Positions 18,601 through 26,492 of a stretch of DNA of 42,936 nucleotides are shown piece by piece. The translations under genes and the position numbers were made by a program. The stretch's first letter is position 1, and each line of letters begins with the position of its first letter. The stretch is from a virus (Duplodnaviria > Caudoviricetes): positions 1-42,936 of the IMG/VR virus record IMGVR_UViG_3300009788_000165; one strand, written 5' to 3'. A model generated the notes under the pieces. That model saw only the letters and a program-made list of their open reading frames with translations, did no database searches and was not told the DNA's origin.

Positions 18601-21396
18601 ATTACTTAAAGAACTTACATGATCATTTAATTCATTAATTTGTTGTTCAGTTTTTAGAATTAACTCTTCAAGTGTATCTTCTCTAAGTTGTTTATTACGT
18701 TGTTGTTCAATAGTGCTTTCATAAGTAAATTTAAATACATACTCATTATTTAATTGTTCTTTACTTTTTAACTCAGTATATTTAAAAGCTCTTTTACCAT
18801 TTTTTAATAAGGTATCTTCTTCTACTCTATATGTCCCATCTACTGCTTGATATATTTTAACCTGTTTACCATCAGAATTTCTTACATATGCTTTAGCTAT
18901 ATCCTTTTTATTGTTGAATACGAATTCTTCATTTAATTTAGATTCTGTAAGTTCCGTAGTTGTATTACCTATAGTAACTTTAAATAAGTTTTCTCCATCA
19001 TCTGAAGTTTTATTTAATTTAACTACTGATACACCTATCCCATCAGAACGTCTAATATAATTTTTAGTACCTATACCATTACTTTTAATCGGATTAGATA
19101 CTTCATATAAATTAAGCCATTCTTCATTACTAGGAACTGTATAGTCTGTTTCACTAGTATATAATCTTTTCTCACCATCAACTACTTTTACTACTCCTGC
19201 TCTTACTCCCGTAGCTTTGTCTATAACAACAGAACCATTTTCAAACTGAGATATAATAGCTTTATCTTGTAAAGTAGCATCTTTATTACGAGCTTTAGTT
19301 GTTTTACTTTCTAATCCTTGTGGATCTTTAATTGCACTTTCATACTTATCTGCAAATTCTTTTCTTCGCTCTGATAATTTTACATAATCTTCTACTAATT
19401 TATTTAAATCTAATCCTTTAGCTTGATAATTAGGACTTTCTAATTTTATTATTTCATCTAATACAATTTTATTTTCAGAAGTTTGATCTGTTAGGTATGT
19501 ATTTAATGCAGCTTGAACTCCACCAGAAAGTTGTTCATTCAAACTATCCATTCTTTTTCCAGAATTTTCTATATTATATGCATAATCAAATAATATTTCT
19601 CTACTATCATTACTAAGAGTTGGAAATCTTAACTCTAAATTAGTATATAATTGTTCCATTTTAGTAGCTTCTGATTTAAGAAGTGCTACATATTCACCTA
19701 CAGTCTTACTTTCAACTGAAGCATCTATTCCAAATCTTTTATTAAATTCTTCTTGTGGTAAATTAGCTAAGTCATCAAATTCATCCATAAGAGCATCCAT
19801 CTTACCCATTTGAATTCTAGATAAAACATAACTCTTAAATAAGTCATTCTCTAAATTTTTATATTCATATAGATCATCTTTAGCAACAGCTTGTTCCATC
19901 TGACCTTGTATAGTTGCTGATCTAACTGCATTTTCTACTTCAGGTTTAATACGTAAAAAAGATTCTTGTGTTATATCATTAGCTCGGTCTACTAATTTTC
20001 TAGTTATATTATCTCTATTCTTAATTTCTGCAAGTTTTTGACGAGTTTGACCAGTCACCACACCAGATACTAAACCTGTTATAGCACCTAACAACATAGA
20101 TTCTAAACCTTCTTTAGTTCCAAAAGTTTGTTGAAATCCATATAAAGTAGATTCCATTGCATCACCAACTACTCCTTTACCAGCAGCATCAAACTTTTTA
20201 GAATAAAAATCTGTACTACCTTTTTGAGCAACAAATTGAGATCCTTCTTCAGAAGCCTCTGTAATTACTCCACCACCAAAAGCACCTATTTTAGCTGTTG
20301 CTCTACCAACTCTTGTAGTAGTTCCTGCAACATACTTACCACCCTGTCTAGTTATATCATTTAAGACAGCTTTACGTGCTGTATTATTACCTGAAAGTAT
20401 TTTATTAAACTGTATAGCATTAGATACACTTAAAATAGCCATATTAGCTACAAAATCTACATTAGCTGCTGCGGATGATAAATCATCTATTTCAGTTAAT
20501 TTAGCTTCATATTCTTGTAAATTAATATCTCCATTTTGTAATGCAGAATTTAATTCTTCTTCATATTGTCTTTTAGCTTCTTGTTTAGTTCCAAGAGCTT
20601 CTATGCTAGCCTCACTACCAGCAGCAGTAATAGCTGCTCCTGTACTACTAATTGCATTAACAGTTTTAATTCCTTTACCTACTTGATTTAAAGCTTGATT
20701 AAAAGCTTTTGCTTCAGTCATTCCCTGAGTTGTAAATTGTTTTGCTAGTTTAGTAACAGCAGCTAATTCATCTGCATAATTAGCACTCATAGCCAATTTA
20801 CCCAGTACACCTATACCTTTAGCTACTACAGCTCCAGAACCAATTGCTCCAAGAGTAAAACCTGCATTTTTTAATAATTTATCAGATAAGAAATTCATTG
20901 TAAACCAGTTCTTAGGACTAAAAGCTCCAGCATTTTGTTCCTCGTTAGTATAATAATTAGGAAAGTATTCTTCCATCCACTTATTAAAATTGTCATAAGC
21001 ATTGGATATTTCATTATCATATACTTTGGAAAACTCTTCATTTGCTGCTGCTTCTAACATACCATAAGGTAATGATGTAAATGTAGTAAGAAATGTAGTT
21101 CCAGCAAGACCCACACCTTTAAGTAGACCATTAGCAAACTGATCTGCTGAACTTTGATTTTGTGCTCTTTGTTCATTTATATCACTAAAAACTGGATCAA
21201 CACCAGTTTTAAAATATTTTTGATAATGTTCTAATTTATATTGAGAATATTCTGGTAAAGATGTTCCAGTATACTCATTTTGTAATGGCACATTTAATTG
21301 ACTAATATCTTCTTCTTGTGCAACACTGTCCTGTAAAACATCAGCGTCTACAACTAAAGGGATATTTAAATCCCTTATATCCTTAATTTCTCCCAT
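9631..21396 (-). CDS. crAss-like virion RNA polymerase polyprotein with zincin metallopeptidase domain
   Basis: KTGSDFDID at 11785-11799 matches the DFDID signature of phi14:2 gp66-type RNAPs, with GFRIPTQ upstream. EYHETFH...EEVLAEDF zincin at 15718-15732. Gly/Ala-rich hydrophobic N-terminus. Confidence 0.92.
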   Translation of the reverse strand: MGEIKDIRDLNIPLVVDADVLQDSVAQEEDISQLNVPLQNEYTGTSLPEYSQYKLEHYQKYFKTGVDPVFSDINEQRAQNQSSADQFANGLLKGVGLAGTTFLTTFTSLPYGMLEAAANEEFSKVYDNEISNAYDNFNKWMEEYFPNYYTNEEQNAGAFSPKNWFTMNFLSDKLLKNAGFTLGAIGSGAVVAKGIGVLGKLAMSANYADELAAVTKLAKQFTTQGMTEAKAFNQALNQVGKGIKTVNAISSTGAAITAAGSEASIEALGTKQEAKRQYEEELNSALQNGDINLQEYEAKLTEIDDLSSAAANVDFVANMAILSVSNAIQFNKILSGNNTARKAVLNDITRQGGKYVAGTTTRVGRATAKIGAFGGGVITEASEEGSQFVAQKGSTDFYSKKFDAAGKGVVGDAMESTLYGFQQTFGTKEGLESMLLGAITGLVSGVVTGQTRQKLAEIKNRDNITRKLVDRANDITQESFLRIKPEVENAVRSATIQGQMEQAVAKDDLYEYKNLENDLFKSYVLSRIQMGKMDALMDEFDDLANLPQEEFNKRFGIDASVESKTVGEYVALLKSEATKMEQLYTNLELRFPTLSNDSREILFDYAYNIENSGKRMDSLNEQLSGGVQAALNTYLTDQTSENKIVLDEIIKLESPNYQAKGLDLNKLVEDYVKLSERRKEFADKYESAIKDPQGLESKTTKARNKDATLQDKAIISQFENGSVVIDKATGVRAGVVKVVDGEKRLYTSETDYTVPSNEEWLNLYEVSNPIKSNGIGTKNYIRRSDGIGVSVVKLNKTSDDGENLFKVTIGNTTTELTESKLNEEFVFNNKKDIAKAYVRNSDGKQVKIYQAVDGTYRVEEDTLLKNGKRAFKYTELKSKEQLNNEYVFKFTYESTIEQQRNKQLREDTLEELILKTEQQINELNDHVSSLSNIKTLKQELSNLKELLNKPDRRRTQKTINNLINQSQKLSEEIKKENAYLEELNIELNELNNKRDYLYIRLDKLQEEEDATTIKEDIATTEEEIKTNNSLISYFQDSISGLKRIVNALLKLLGLDSAYHVIGKQEIANTYKKEIADRVKTNKEEDKRFGNEIGKAIARIDKYTTDPNENNKELLITAGKINSLQSQVKEYEKKTNIALQQLYTLEEELALYESKVRLANIGKAPETVGSQSYHNEMLGGKYESVSNLNEAGIKEGFQPSKRNPYTIGFNALAGRHVKDDDTLSDDPSQRRYFRFTERTNINQDNFRAELSYGEEKQFDATKKETVDKPIIYATITNKQGQKVDEFGNVTTDPSKFVFTTLLTSEASYLFYKPKNITEEQYKKYIQELEVYYRNIRAAIITKLDANEEVSIKVLSKGKGIPRTFKDINGETQTTNIQDLGIDMNDLEFKVSTANTVAFSGGEITNSKPGFIYTNDKNTGNTIPLGTRVLEENEVNLITQLWKKFIGESKQTKDKNGKVKIDSTSAGNLRAKVGEKIVPIKDTDGKDLSIFRVMSQYVFWAGDNLRADAADKVKKGKISRFNALKDVNNRLNKNFGSPSSFYFMNTTIPGGTLRLGNFEDGPNKGTPRQVDLFVLDKETGQYIENPLFEETLRKFLEGQYINVRAITVNDNRGIVTVNNITKDADGKYYASPNTTNEGTGGYRNWLLSNKMLTSKITPREETTPEKIDTEPQFRSVYAVVDMDSIIDDEKPKPPKPIKKNAKVKKPVAKTTKPKGKVVASLSMDDILGVEESLDGISSDENLTPDEQDGILNDIDKKVDKVEKDSGLTPEQEALFAEQVEADIAEESNEQELASPDSFGDMPTTDANIFGDTSVTPPSSSSNSDSTKFKEATSDVKTQIDINRALAWIHRTFGGRVKVGVLQNLIDGNNWGSYRNNLIKLFEAGETGTEYHETFHAVRDLFLTNKEFKSLVKEWKSYNPKSKLTDDQIEEVLAEDFMDFMLGKDISYFKAPKQKSLFQTILDFIKTFVFNKYPVTIQQVFDNIKSGSYANAPYISAGSGITNYSSILSGLSSLHTKEILDSVHAVFFRSIFSQDDNVASLFDKQRNGPMVQRAYVAAYTSLLTTYKAMYANYKSPKLSSSEKSKVFAQAKEIGKVLSQENWDKLVVLHAESLKKYDLELDYTEWNADISENSRTRDSGQTWAFESLKYSSKINANKNIKLLLASLPFNELNSLGLETTADFGQVFNVLINKLSGLTEWSDMYVAINEMSTDMPALTELLRRLGGDKAGSEMNSNEVILRTQFQQTMAKNENIFFMDTVEGNETTIINANQNSFNKRKINQWNNNAKKIARNSRYYESVNGEIKYKLSKFAKIGDIESIFNAIEFLKLLGIEFSNTQRIEDNKDVRVLTRAQGMLKSINAGSGVLIYNKEEGNAFEDLQVLADIERQTTLDAVENSLYNLDGKLIYGQTLNSYISLIINEINNGNIQSREELFEKLPHLQYVNESLVLNGLFKGGKNKIEFITHLGSKQEGFDANKREFKDLKPADRLRIYINNAMKGRYALLRPADNSLERFIEFGTFFSSNKINLNEHIDSFVNYLKAELDENNFLNGQKWNYLSKNENKGIVLHMIKAIDEGLYNDLIIPGQDINELFEDETNRMAIRGAIINYLDSQIEVNKELMLTNAIVELVDDGYKNNGINLEGNVISGESFTNVASSFTVNNLIANIEQMKVFVGNPRFFKSVEDEFKRHSATVGTKKISIVSEYLNQWIDTFTDPISRLKQQYKYGQPIITTAVFKDIISVSKYLEEYNKVLGKKAAEPYNRSEESDAVGIVHLDEYRRMLLRAGDWSFGKGSLEEAYQYEIGKKTYVDPFDRNNKFTIDKRRVSQVAFTPLKPQHFGPLAEEGFVPALYKLSLAPILPSLTRQFPNLEKLRNQMENQNTGIVVFASGNKVGTKLNDDYLIQEVYNTETGEFAFNKENSMITQDTYYKYWGIQVDMGNKIKNEVIWGTQMAKQIMNNLYSFGKPIAMRFNINGKLTEKSSEETQKLIDKYLELNARRINSGYRELIVKLGLQLDSNGNYQIEDNGRLVEALTDAARSRDMDDNVMNSIKYIGEVGIDTLPNRRKFEQILMAMADKTAISQKTYGGSKVQVSSVFLERNNLREVTSINGVNHIVSNDLNFYNPTFNKKGEIIAVESMEVYLPAIYKGIITTKNISDKRLLDIIGFRIPTQALNSIESIKIAGFLPVEMGDAVVLPSEIVTKTGSDFDIDTLKIFLINFFYDKKGNPNYIDPKMSYTDYLKLVEGTPLKEGFYERAQIENELKEVMKIIITSPDNIQQLLIPNNVDTLKSESIYNQYLQYKANGLYTGEFKDFTEWIENEELNTPYNNIVETSYLMDVAKRFLGGNAAIGITALFSTFHILAQRHNLQINKEYVKHTKDKDIVTSTRINMDHNGEGEYINLGGVQDVNDKNSIVQLFNMWINASVDAATDPFMFLLNATPQTLNTVLYLTMAGVPIKTIGLFMNQPIIHTYMANQNKYESLMADSVGLSVGGKIVKYQNQILALTKSEYTGKTDITIDDTIQLTDSILEAAILDKGKSGNMQQQILYDFIRYQEVAKEISNAMQGTTYDTKGGGKSLSELAYRLGLTQQVIDNKIILGYEELINSGFIQPYHSAVAGFGKAFEAYVPHLRNPQVVDMYKEFMQKYLQRDVSFKIDDVVNTMDKFKEDFLVYLMMNYSKDETGTILKDEINRLFKGKSSMANRVEYFKKKYPHNSLLNNLFTIFSSSTAKDAINNLKMYITRLDNIESNQLTKDWKDMIEGSSEESKFGRDLIKFIILQSGLQNSPLNFVNLAPVDEYVKMMNGVLQVLSKTNNTFSDYPAQFAVQNQHDKTVVPRSKKPGFDFYIKKTFKGPITERDLSLTDNNKTVKVINPPIRNFKESSTLNAYGIMELPNLSTSTSQILEEDVQEVTEQEDKECRMKSSPLTKN

Positions 21397-21397
21397 A

Positions 21398-23242
21398 TTA
21401 TATATTTAAACTTTTTATAACATCAAACATTAATGCTTTTGGCATAGCTCCTTGTTTATCCTTTGTAGTTTTTATAGTTTGGCTTTGAGGATCTATATAT
21501 AAATAATAATCACCAGATTTTAAATAATAAAATGGATCTGTATTTTCTAAATCTTCTTCAATATAAAGTTCATTATCTCTAATAGCTTTGTTAATATCAG
21601 AAGGAACATCTGGCATAGTTGTAATAATGCTACCAGTTTCATCAAAAGATAAAGCTGATGCCTTTAATGATTCTACTAATTCAGGTTGTTTAATGATATC
21701 TCTAACATAATTCATTTGTTTTTCAAAACCCGTATTCCAAGTAGCATCACTAATTGTTCCATCAGGATTTACTACTTTCCAAATTAAACCTGCTATTTCA
21801 TTACCACCTACGCTTAATACTTTTAATTTTTCAGCATTTTTTACACCATAAGCCTCATTTACTTCTTTAATACTCTTACCTGCATTATCTCCATTTAAAA
21901 AAGTAAATTGATCAGATTGGTTAAATCCTTCTTTTCCACTAGTTGCCCAATTATTATAAGCAATTTTACTTTTAGCATTTGTAAAATCAGGTTCATAAAA
22001 ATTTATATTATAATCTGCATCAAAACCTTTTGACGCAATATAAGCTTCAGATTTATTTGCTAACATATTTGAATAATCATTTCTTACTTCAAGTCTATCT
22101 GCATATGCTAAATTATAAGCAAATCCTTTTCCTTTTAATTTACCTAATTCTTCGTCAGTTACACTAGCTTTCTCATATAAATTTCTTAATTCTTTATCTT
22201 CTCTAAGCATTGCTCTTTCAATTGCCATTGATTGAGCTTCTGCATGATTTATATTACCTTTTGTATATTCTAATAAAGGATCAAAATCTGGCTCTATAAA
22301 TTTATGACTCCAATTAAAATTAAATTTTGTATTAATGCTATTTTTTGTAAAATCTTCATGTGTAAAATTTTTATTATTTTCAAATAAACCAGCACTACTT
22401 ATTACACCTGGAGCAACTGTATTAGCTGCTTTTTTAGCTTCTAAAATAGCTTTATCTTTTGCTGATAAATAATCTTTATTTTGTAAATAACCTCTTTTAT
22501 GAACACCAACCATACCCTGTCCTTCAGATATTAAATATTGTCTAGCAAATTCTATTGGATCATGATTATTTACTTCAGCTAATCTGGCTAACTCTGGAGC
22601 AGTTTCTAGAAACTTAGCCATTTTCTCATCTGTTAAATTGCTCATAAAATCTTCTTGGGTAATTTCACTTACTTGTTCATAAAATTGACCGTCTTCAGTT
22701 AATTTTAAAGGTCTTTCTGTAGATTTTATTTGAGATAACCATTGTGCACCTTTAGTTTGTAATTTAGATTTATCATATATTTCATAATCAAATGCTGAAG
22801 GATCTTTCACATTCCCTTGTTCATCTGTTAAAGATGTATCTGGTTTAGATATCTCTATTACATTTCCAGCACCTATTCTATTAACTTGTTGTTGATACTC
22901 TTGTACTTTACCTTGTTGATACTTATTTAAATTGTATATAGGATTATTTCTTTCCTTAACAATAAGTTTAGATAATTCTGGAGCAGCAGCTTCGTAATCA
23001 TTATTATATTTTTTAAGAATGTCATCTTTTTCAGCATTAAATCTACCAAGTGTATTCTGTTTAGCTTGTTCATCTAAAAAGAATATTTCACCTTGTTTAG
23101 CTTGTTCAGCTTGTAATCCTGCAAAACTTTGTTCAAATCTATTACTTCTTTCTTGAAGTATTCTTTGAGTTAAGTCTTGAGCACCTGGATCAAATTGTGA
23201 TACATATCTTGCTGCTTGTACGCTTTGTCTTCTTGGAGCCAT
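21398..23242 (-). CDS. Putative internal virion (cargo/ejection) protein
   Basis: Synteny between the cargo genes and the vRNAP; helical N-terminus; no catalytic motif recognised. Confidence 0.65.
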   Translation of the reverse strand: MAPRRQSVQAARYVSQFDPGAQDLTQRILQERSNRFEQSFAGLQAEQAKQGEIFFLDEQAKQNTLGRFNAEKDDILKKYNNDYEAAAPELSKLIVKERNNPIYNLNKYQQGKVQEYQQQVNRIGAGNVIEISKPDTSLTDEQGNVKDPSAFDYEIYDKSKLQTKGAQWLSQIKSTERPLKLTEDGQFYEQVSEITQEDFMSNLTDEKMAKFLETAPELARLAEVNNHDPIEFARQYLISEGQGMVGVHKRGYLQNKDYLSAKDKAILEAKKAANTVAPGVISSAGLFENNKNFTHEDFTKNSINTKFNFNWSHKFIEPDFDPLLEYTKGNINHAEAQSMAIERAMLREDKELRNLYEKASVTDEELGKLKGKGFAYNLAYADRLEVRNDYSNMLANKSEAYIASKGFDADYNINFYEPDFTNAKSKIAYNNWATSGKEGFNQSDQFTFLNGDNAGKSIKEVNEAYGVKNAEKLKVLSVGGNEIAGLIWKVVNPDGTISDATWNTGFEKQMNYVRDIIKQPELVESLKASALSFDETGSIITTMPDVPSDINKAIRDNELYIEEDLENTDPFYYLKSGDYYLYIDPQSQTIKTTKDKQGAMPKALMFDVIKSLNI

Positions 23243-24783
23243 TATTGATATCTTTGGGTTTTAGTAGGATCTTGAGCTATAGTTGATTTTCTACCAAATG
23301 CTGCTGTATCCCACCATTTTTGATTAGGATCATTATATAGACTTGTAGTTCCTGGTAATTGTTGATATAATTGATTATAAGTCTTAGCTTTTTGAACATC
23401 TCCAAAATAAGTACCTATATCACCTATAATATTTTGTATAGCTTGATCTTTTTGAGCCTGAGCATAATTTTGTTCAGCTCTATTAGCTTCAGATTCTCTT
23501 ATACCTATATTTGCATTAATTATTGCAGCCCTATTAGCAATTTGAGCATTTGTAGTTTGCTCTTGAGTTAAAGATCTGGATATTTGTTCTCCTTCTAATC
23601 TACTAGCAGCAACTTCACCAGAAATTACTCTGTTTGTAAAATCAGCAGCATTAGAACCTACTCCTTTTGCAGTTCTTCTTGAAACATTTCTTAATTGGTT
23701 AGCTCTACTTCTAGCAGCTACTCTTTCAGAAGATAAATCAATGGTTTCAGGTCTTATTCTATCATAACTAACATCCTTTATATTTTTACCAGCTTGACTA
23801 CTTAGTAATACATTACCAGCAACACTAGCAGCTAAAGGTATAAGAGATGTTCCTCCTAATGTAGGATTGTAATATTCAGATTGTGGTTGTCCTTCTAAAT
23901 TAGCTTGTGCTGCATTAACAGGTCTTAAATTTAAATTTGATTCTGTTATAGGTAGTGTAATGTCAACAGGATCTAATCTATTAATTTTTGGATCACTTCC
24001 AGCAACTCTATTATAACCATAATTTACTTCTGGTACATTTGCAAATTGAAAATTACTAATTGAACTAAAATCTTGACCTAAATTTTCCTGTAAATAATCA
24101 GGTAAATATTGATTACTATCATTATGTATATGAATCCCACCACCTTTATGATATTTAGGTAATTTTCCACCATTTATAAATTGTCTAGGATTCTTATTAA
24201 ATTCCTGTTCACTTATTGCTTGAGCTTTAAGTTGATTTTCTCGTACTAATTCGTCAATACCTTGTATAAATGCTGGAGAAGCTGTACTATGTACACCTGC
24301 TGTCTGATTATAAGGTGCGTTATAAAATTCTTGACCTATACCTGCACCTACACCTCTACCTGTAATAGGGAAGTTAGGAATAGAATAAGGAGTACCCTCA
24401 TACTGTTTTCCACCAGGACGTAATTCATAACTACCTTGTTGTATTTTATTTAAATATCTTGGATCAGCTTCTCTCCAATAATTTTTTACTTGTTCTAATT
24501 CTTCGGGGTCTACTGTACCTCCATTTTGATATTCTACTAATCCTTGATCTACAGCTTCCTGATGAGTAGCTCCAGACATTACAGTACCATCAGGCATTAC
24601 ATGAGTAGCTCCAGCAGATTGTTCAGCTTTAACAGCTTCTTGTTTATCTTTAAGTTCATTTAATTCTAATTCCATACCTTTTCTAGCCAAAACATCATTT
24701 TTGGTAAAATCATCTCCAAGTCTTCTTTTATACTTGTTTGTAATTCTATCGGCTTCTTTTGCGAATGTATTTTTCTTTGCCAT
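23242..24783 (-). CDS. Putative cargo/ejection protein (possibly the C-terminal part of a split cargo gene)
   Basis: Starts with KxTFAxxA; contains YQNGG, FINGG and YHKGG motifs, one hydrophobic segment and a Gln/Ala/Asn-rich coiled-coil C-terminus. Confidence 0.7.
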   Translation of the reverse strand: MAKKNTFAKEADRITNKYKRRLGDDFTKNDVLARKGMELELNELKDKQEAVKAEQSAGATHVMPDGTVMSGATHQEAVDQGLVEYQNGGTVDPEELEQVKNYWREADPRYLNKIQQGSYELRPGGKQYEGTPYSIPNFPITGRGVGAGIGQEFYNAPYNQTAGVHSTASPAFIQGIDELVRENQLKAQAISEQEFNKNPRQFINGGKLPKYHKGGGIHIHNDSNQYLPDYLQENLGQDFSSISNFQFANVPEVNYGYNRVAGSDPKINRLDPVDITLPITESNLNLRPVNAAQANLEGQPQSEYYNPTLGGTSLIPLAASVAGNVLLSSQAGKNIKDVSYDRIRPETIDLSSERVAARSRANQLRNVSRRTAKGVGSNAADFTNRVISGEVAASRLEGEQISRSLTQEQTTNAQIANRAAIINANIGIRESEANRAEQNYAQAQKDQAIQNIIGDIGTYFGDVQKAKTYNQLYQQLPGTTSLYNDPNQKWWDTAAFGRKSTIAQDPTKTQRYQ

Positions 24784-24786
24784 ATC

Positions 24787-26469
24787 TTATTTATATTCTA
24801 TATTGTCACTAAATATATATCCATTAAAATTAACTTCTCCATTTTCAGTCAAGGCTATACCTTGTTTACCAGTTATAGCAGTAGGATTACCTTCTTGATC
24901 AACTTCAATACCTCCTTGATTTCCCTCATGACTCTGACCATTATATTTTCTAATTATAGGAGTACCATTGTTTTCAGAAATATTTCCACCATTTTGAAAT
25001 TCTCTTGAAAAATTTTCATATACATTTGAATTTTTATATTGTTCAGAAAACCTTAAAGCTTCTGCTTCATCTTTGAATTCTAAATAATTTTTATTTTGTC
25101 TAGCACGTTCTCTACCAGCACTTCCCTCAAATAATTGTAAACTATCTCCTTGTTGTTGTATCTCAGGATATACTATATTATCACTTTGTCTTAAAAAATG
25201 GCTACCTGAACTACCATATTTTCTATGATCTTCTGGAAAAGTATAGGTTAATGAGGTATCTGGATTATACAATCTATTTACAAAAGGTACATTTCTATTA
25301 GCATTAAATGTAGAATCAATTTGTGCCCTAGTAAAATTTTGTAGTTCTCCACCACCATTTTGTAATTGAACTCTTGCTCCTGCATTAAGAATAAATTCAT
25401 TTAGAGTAGGTTCTCCAATACTACTAGTTCCAGATTGAAATCTATTTGTAGTATTAGCAATAGAATCTAATAATTCTGGAGAATATCTAGCATTAGCATC
25501 TTCTCTTGAAAAATTAAAATCACTTACTAAGGTATCTATTGTATTTGCTTTAGTTCTAGGTCTATATACATTTGGAGTATAACTAGCTGTATTAAATGTA
25601 TCTACTGGATTAGTAGTATAAATAATTTTACCTGTAGCATCTCTACCTATAGGAGTTTTACCTTTATTAGGATCGTTATCTATTGGTCCACCATTTTGTT
25701 TTCTAGGTAAATATCCACCATTTCTTACTTGTATATTTGGATTAGCTCCAAGATTAGCTCCTCTTTGTTGGGATAACTGTAATGATTCGGCTGTTCTTTG
25801 TCTATCTTCAAATTCTTGCTGTGCTTTTTTAGCTGCTTCTTGTTCATCTCTATAATCTGCTAAAGAATTATAAAAAGAACCACCAACTAAATCCCAAGCA
25901 GCATTCCAATATTCACCTTGTTCTAAATCTTTTTGAGCTTGAGCAAATGGATCTATACCAGAAATTGCTGCATAAACAGCATCAGCTTGTAATTCTCTAG
26001 GTACATTTGATTCTTCTTCTCCATATCCTACATTAACACCAAATTCATTATAATTATTTACTAATTGTCCAGCAAGTTCTCCTACAAGACCAGCTCCAGC
26101 AATAGCAGTTCCTACTCCTGGTGCTACTGTACTTGCTATACTAGCAGCAGTAGCAGATCCAGCAGATGTACCTTGATAACCAAATTGTTGATTATAAGGA
26201 TTATCTTCAAATGTAGATAATAATCCTGTAGCAGCACCTAAACCTGCTGTTGCTGCTCCATAATTAAAAGAAGTATCTCCTATATTAGAAATATTATCAC
26301 TACCTAATCCTTGAAGATTACTCTGATCAACACCTCCTGGTATTCCTGATGATTGATATCTTTGATCAGTTGCAAATAAATTTTGATAATATGGATTTAG
26401 TCCACCACCATCTTGTAATTTTCTAAGACGTTGATATCTAGGACGTTTACTTATTTTTTTCTTAGCCAT
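24787..26469 (-). CDS. Putative cargo/ejection protein with GxSHExxxGG domain
   Basis: Basic N-terminus, Gly/Ala hydrophobic helices, five xx(N/D)GG motifs and C-terminal GQSHEGNQGG...ENGE...IFSD. Immediately follows the muzzle gene. Confidence 0.7.
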   Translation of the reverse strand: MAKKKISKRPRYQRLRKLQDGGGLNPYYQNLFATDQRYQSSGIPGGVDQSNLQGLGSDNISNIGDTSFNYGAATAGLGAATGLLSTFEDNPYNQQFGYQGTSAGSATAASIASTVAPGVGTAIAGAGLVGELAGQLVNNYNEFGVNVGYGEEESNVPRELQADAVYAAISGIDPFAQAQKDLEQGEYWNAAWDLVGGSFYNSLADYRDEQEAAKKAQQEFEDRQRTAESLQLSQQRGANLGANPNIQVRNGGYLPRKQNGGPIDNDPNKGKTPIGRDATGKIIYTTNPVDTFNTASYTPNVYRPRTKANTIDTLVSDFNFSREDANARYSPELLDSIANTTNRFQSGTSSIGEPTLNEFILNAGARVQLQNGGGELQNFTRAQIDSTFNANRNVPFVNRLYNPDTSLTYTFPEDHRKYGSSGSHFLRQSDNIVYPEIQQQGDSLQLFEGSAGRERARQNKNYLEFKDEAEALRFSEQYKNSNVYENFSREFQNGGNISENNGTPIIRKYNGQSHEGNQGGIEVDQEGNPTAITGKQGIALTENGEVNFNGYIFSDNIEYK

Positions 26470-26492
26470 TATAAACTTTCTATTTTATGCGT

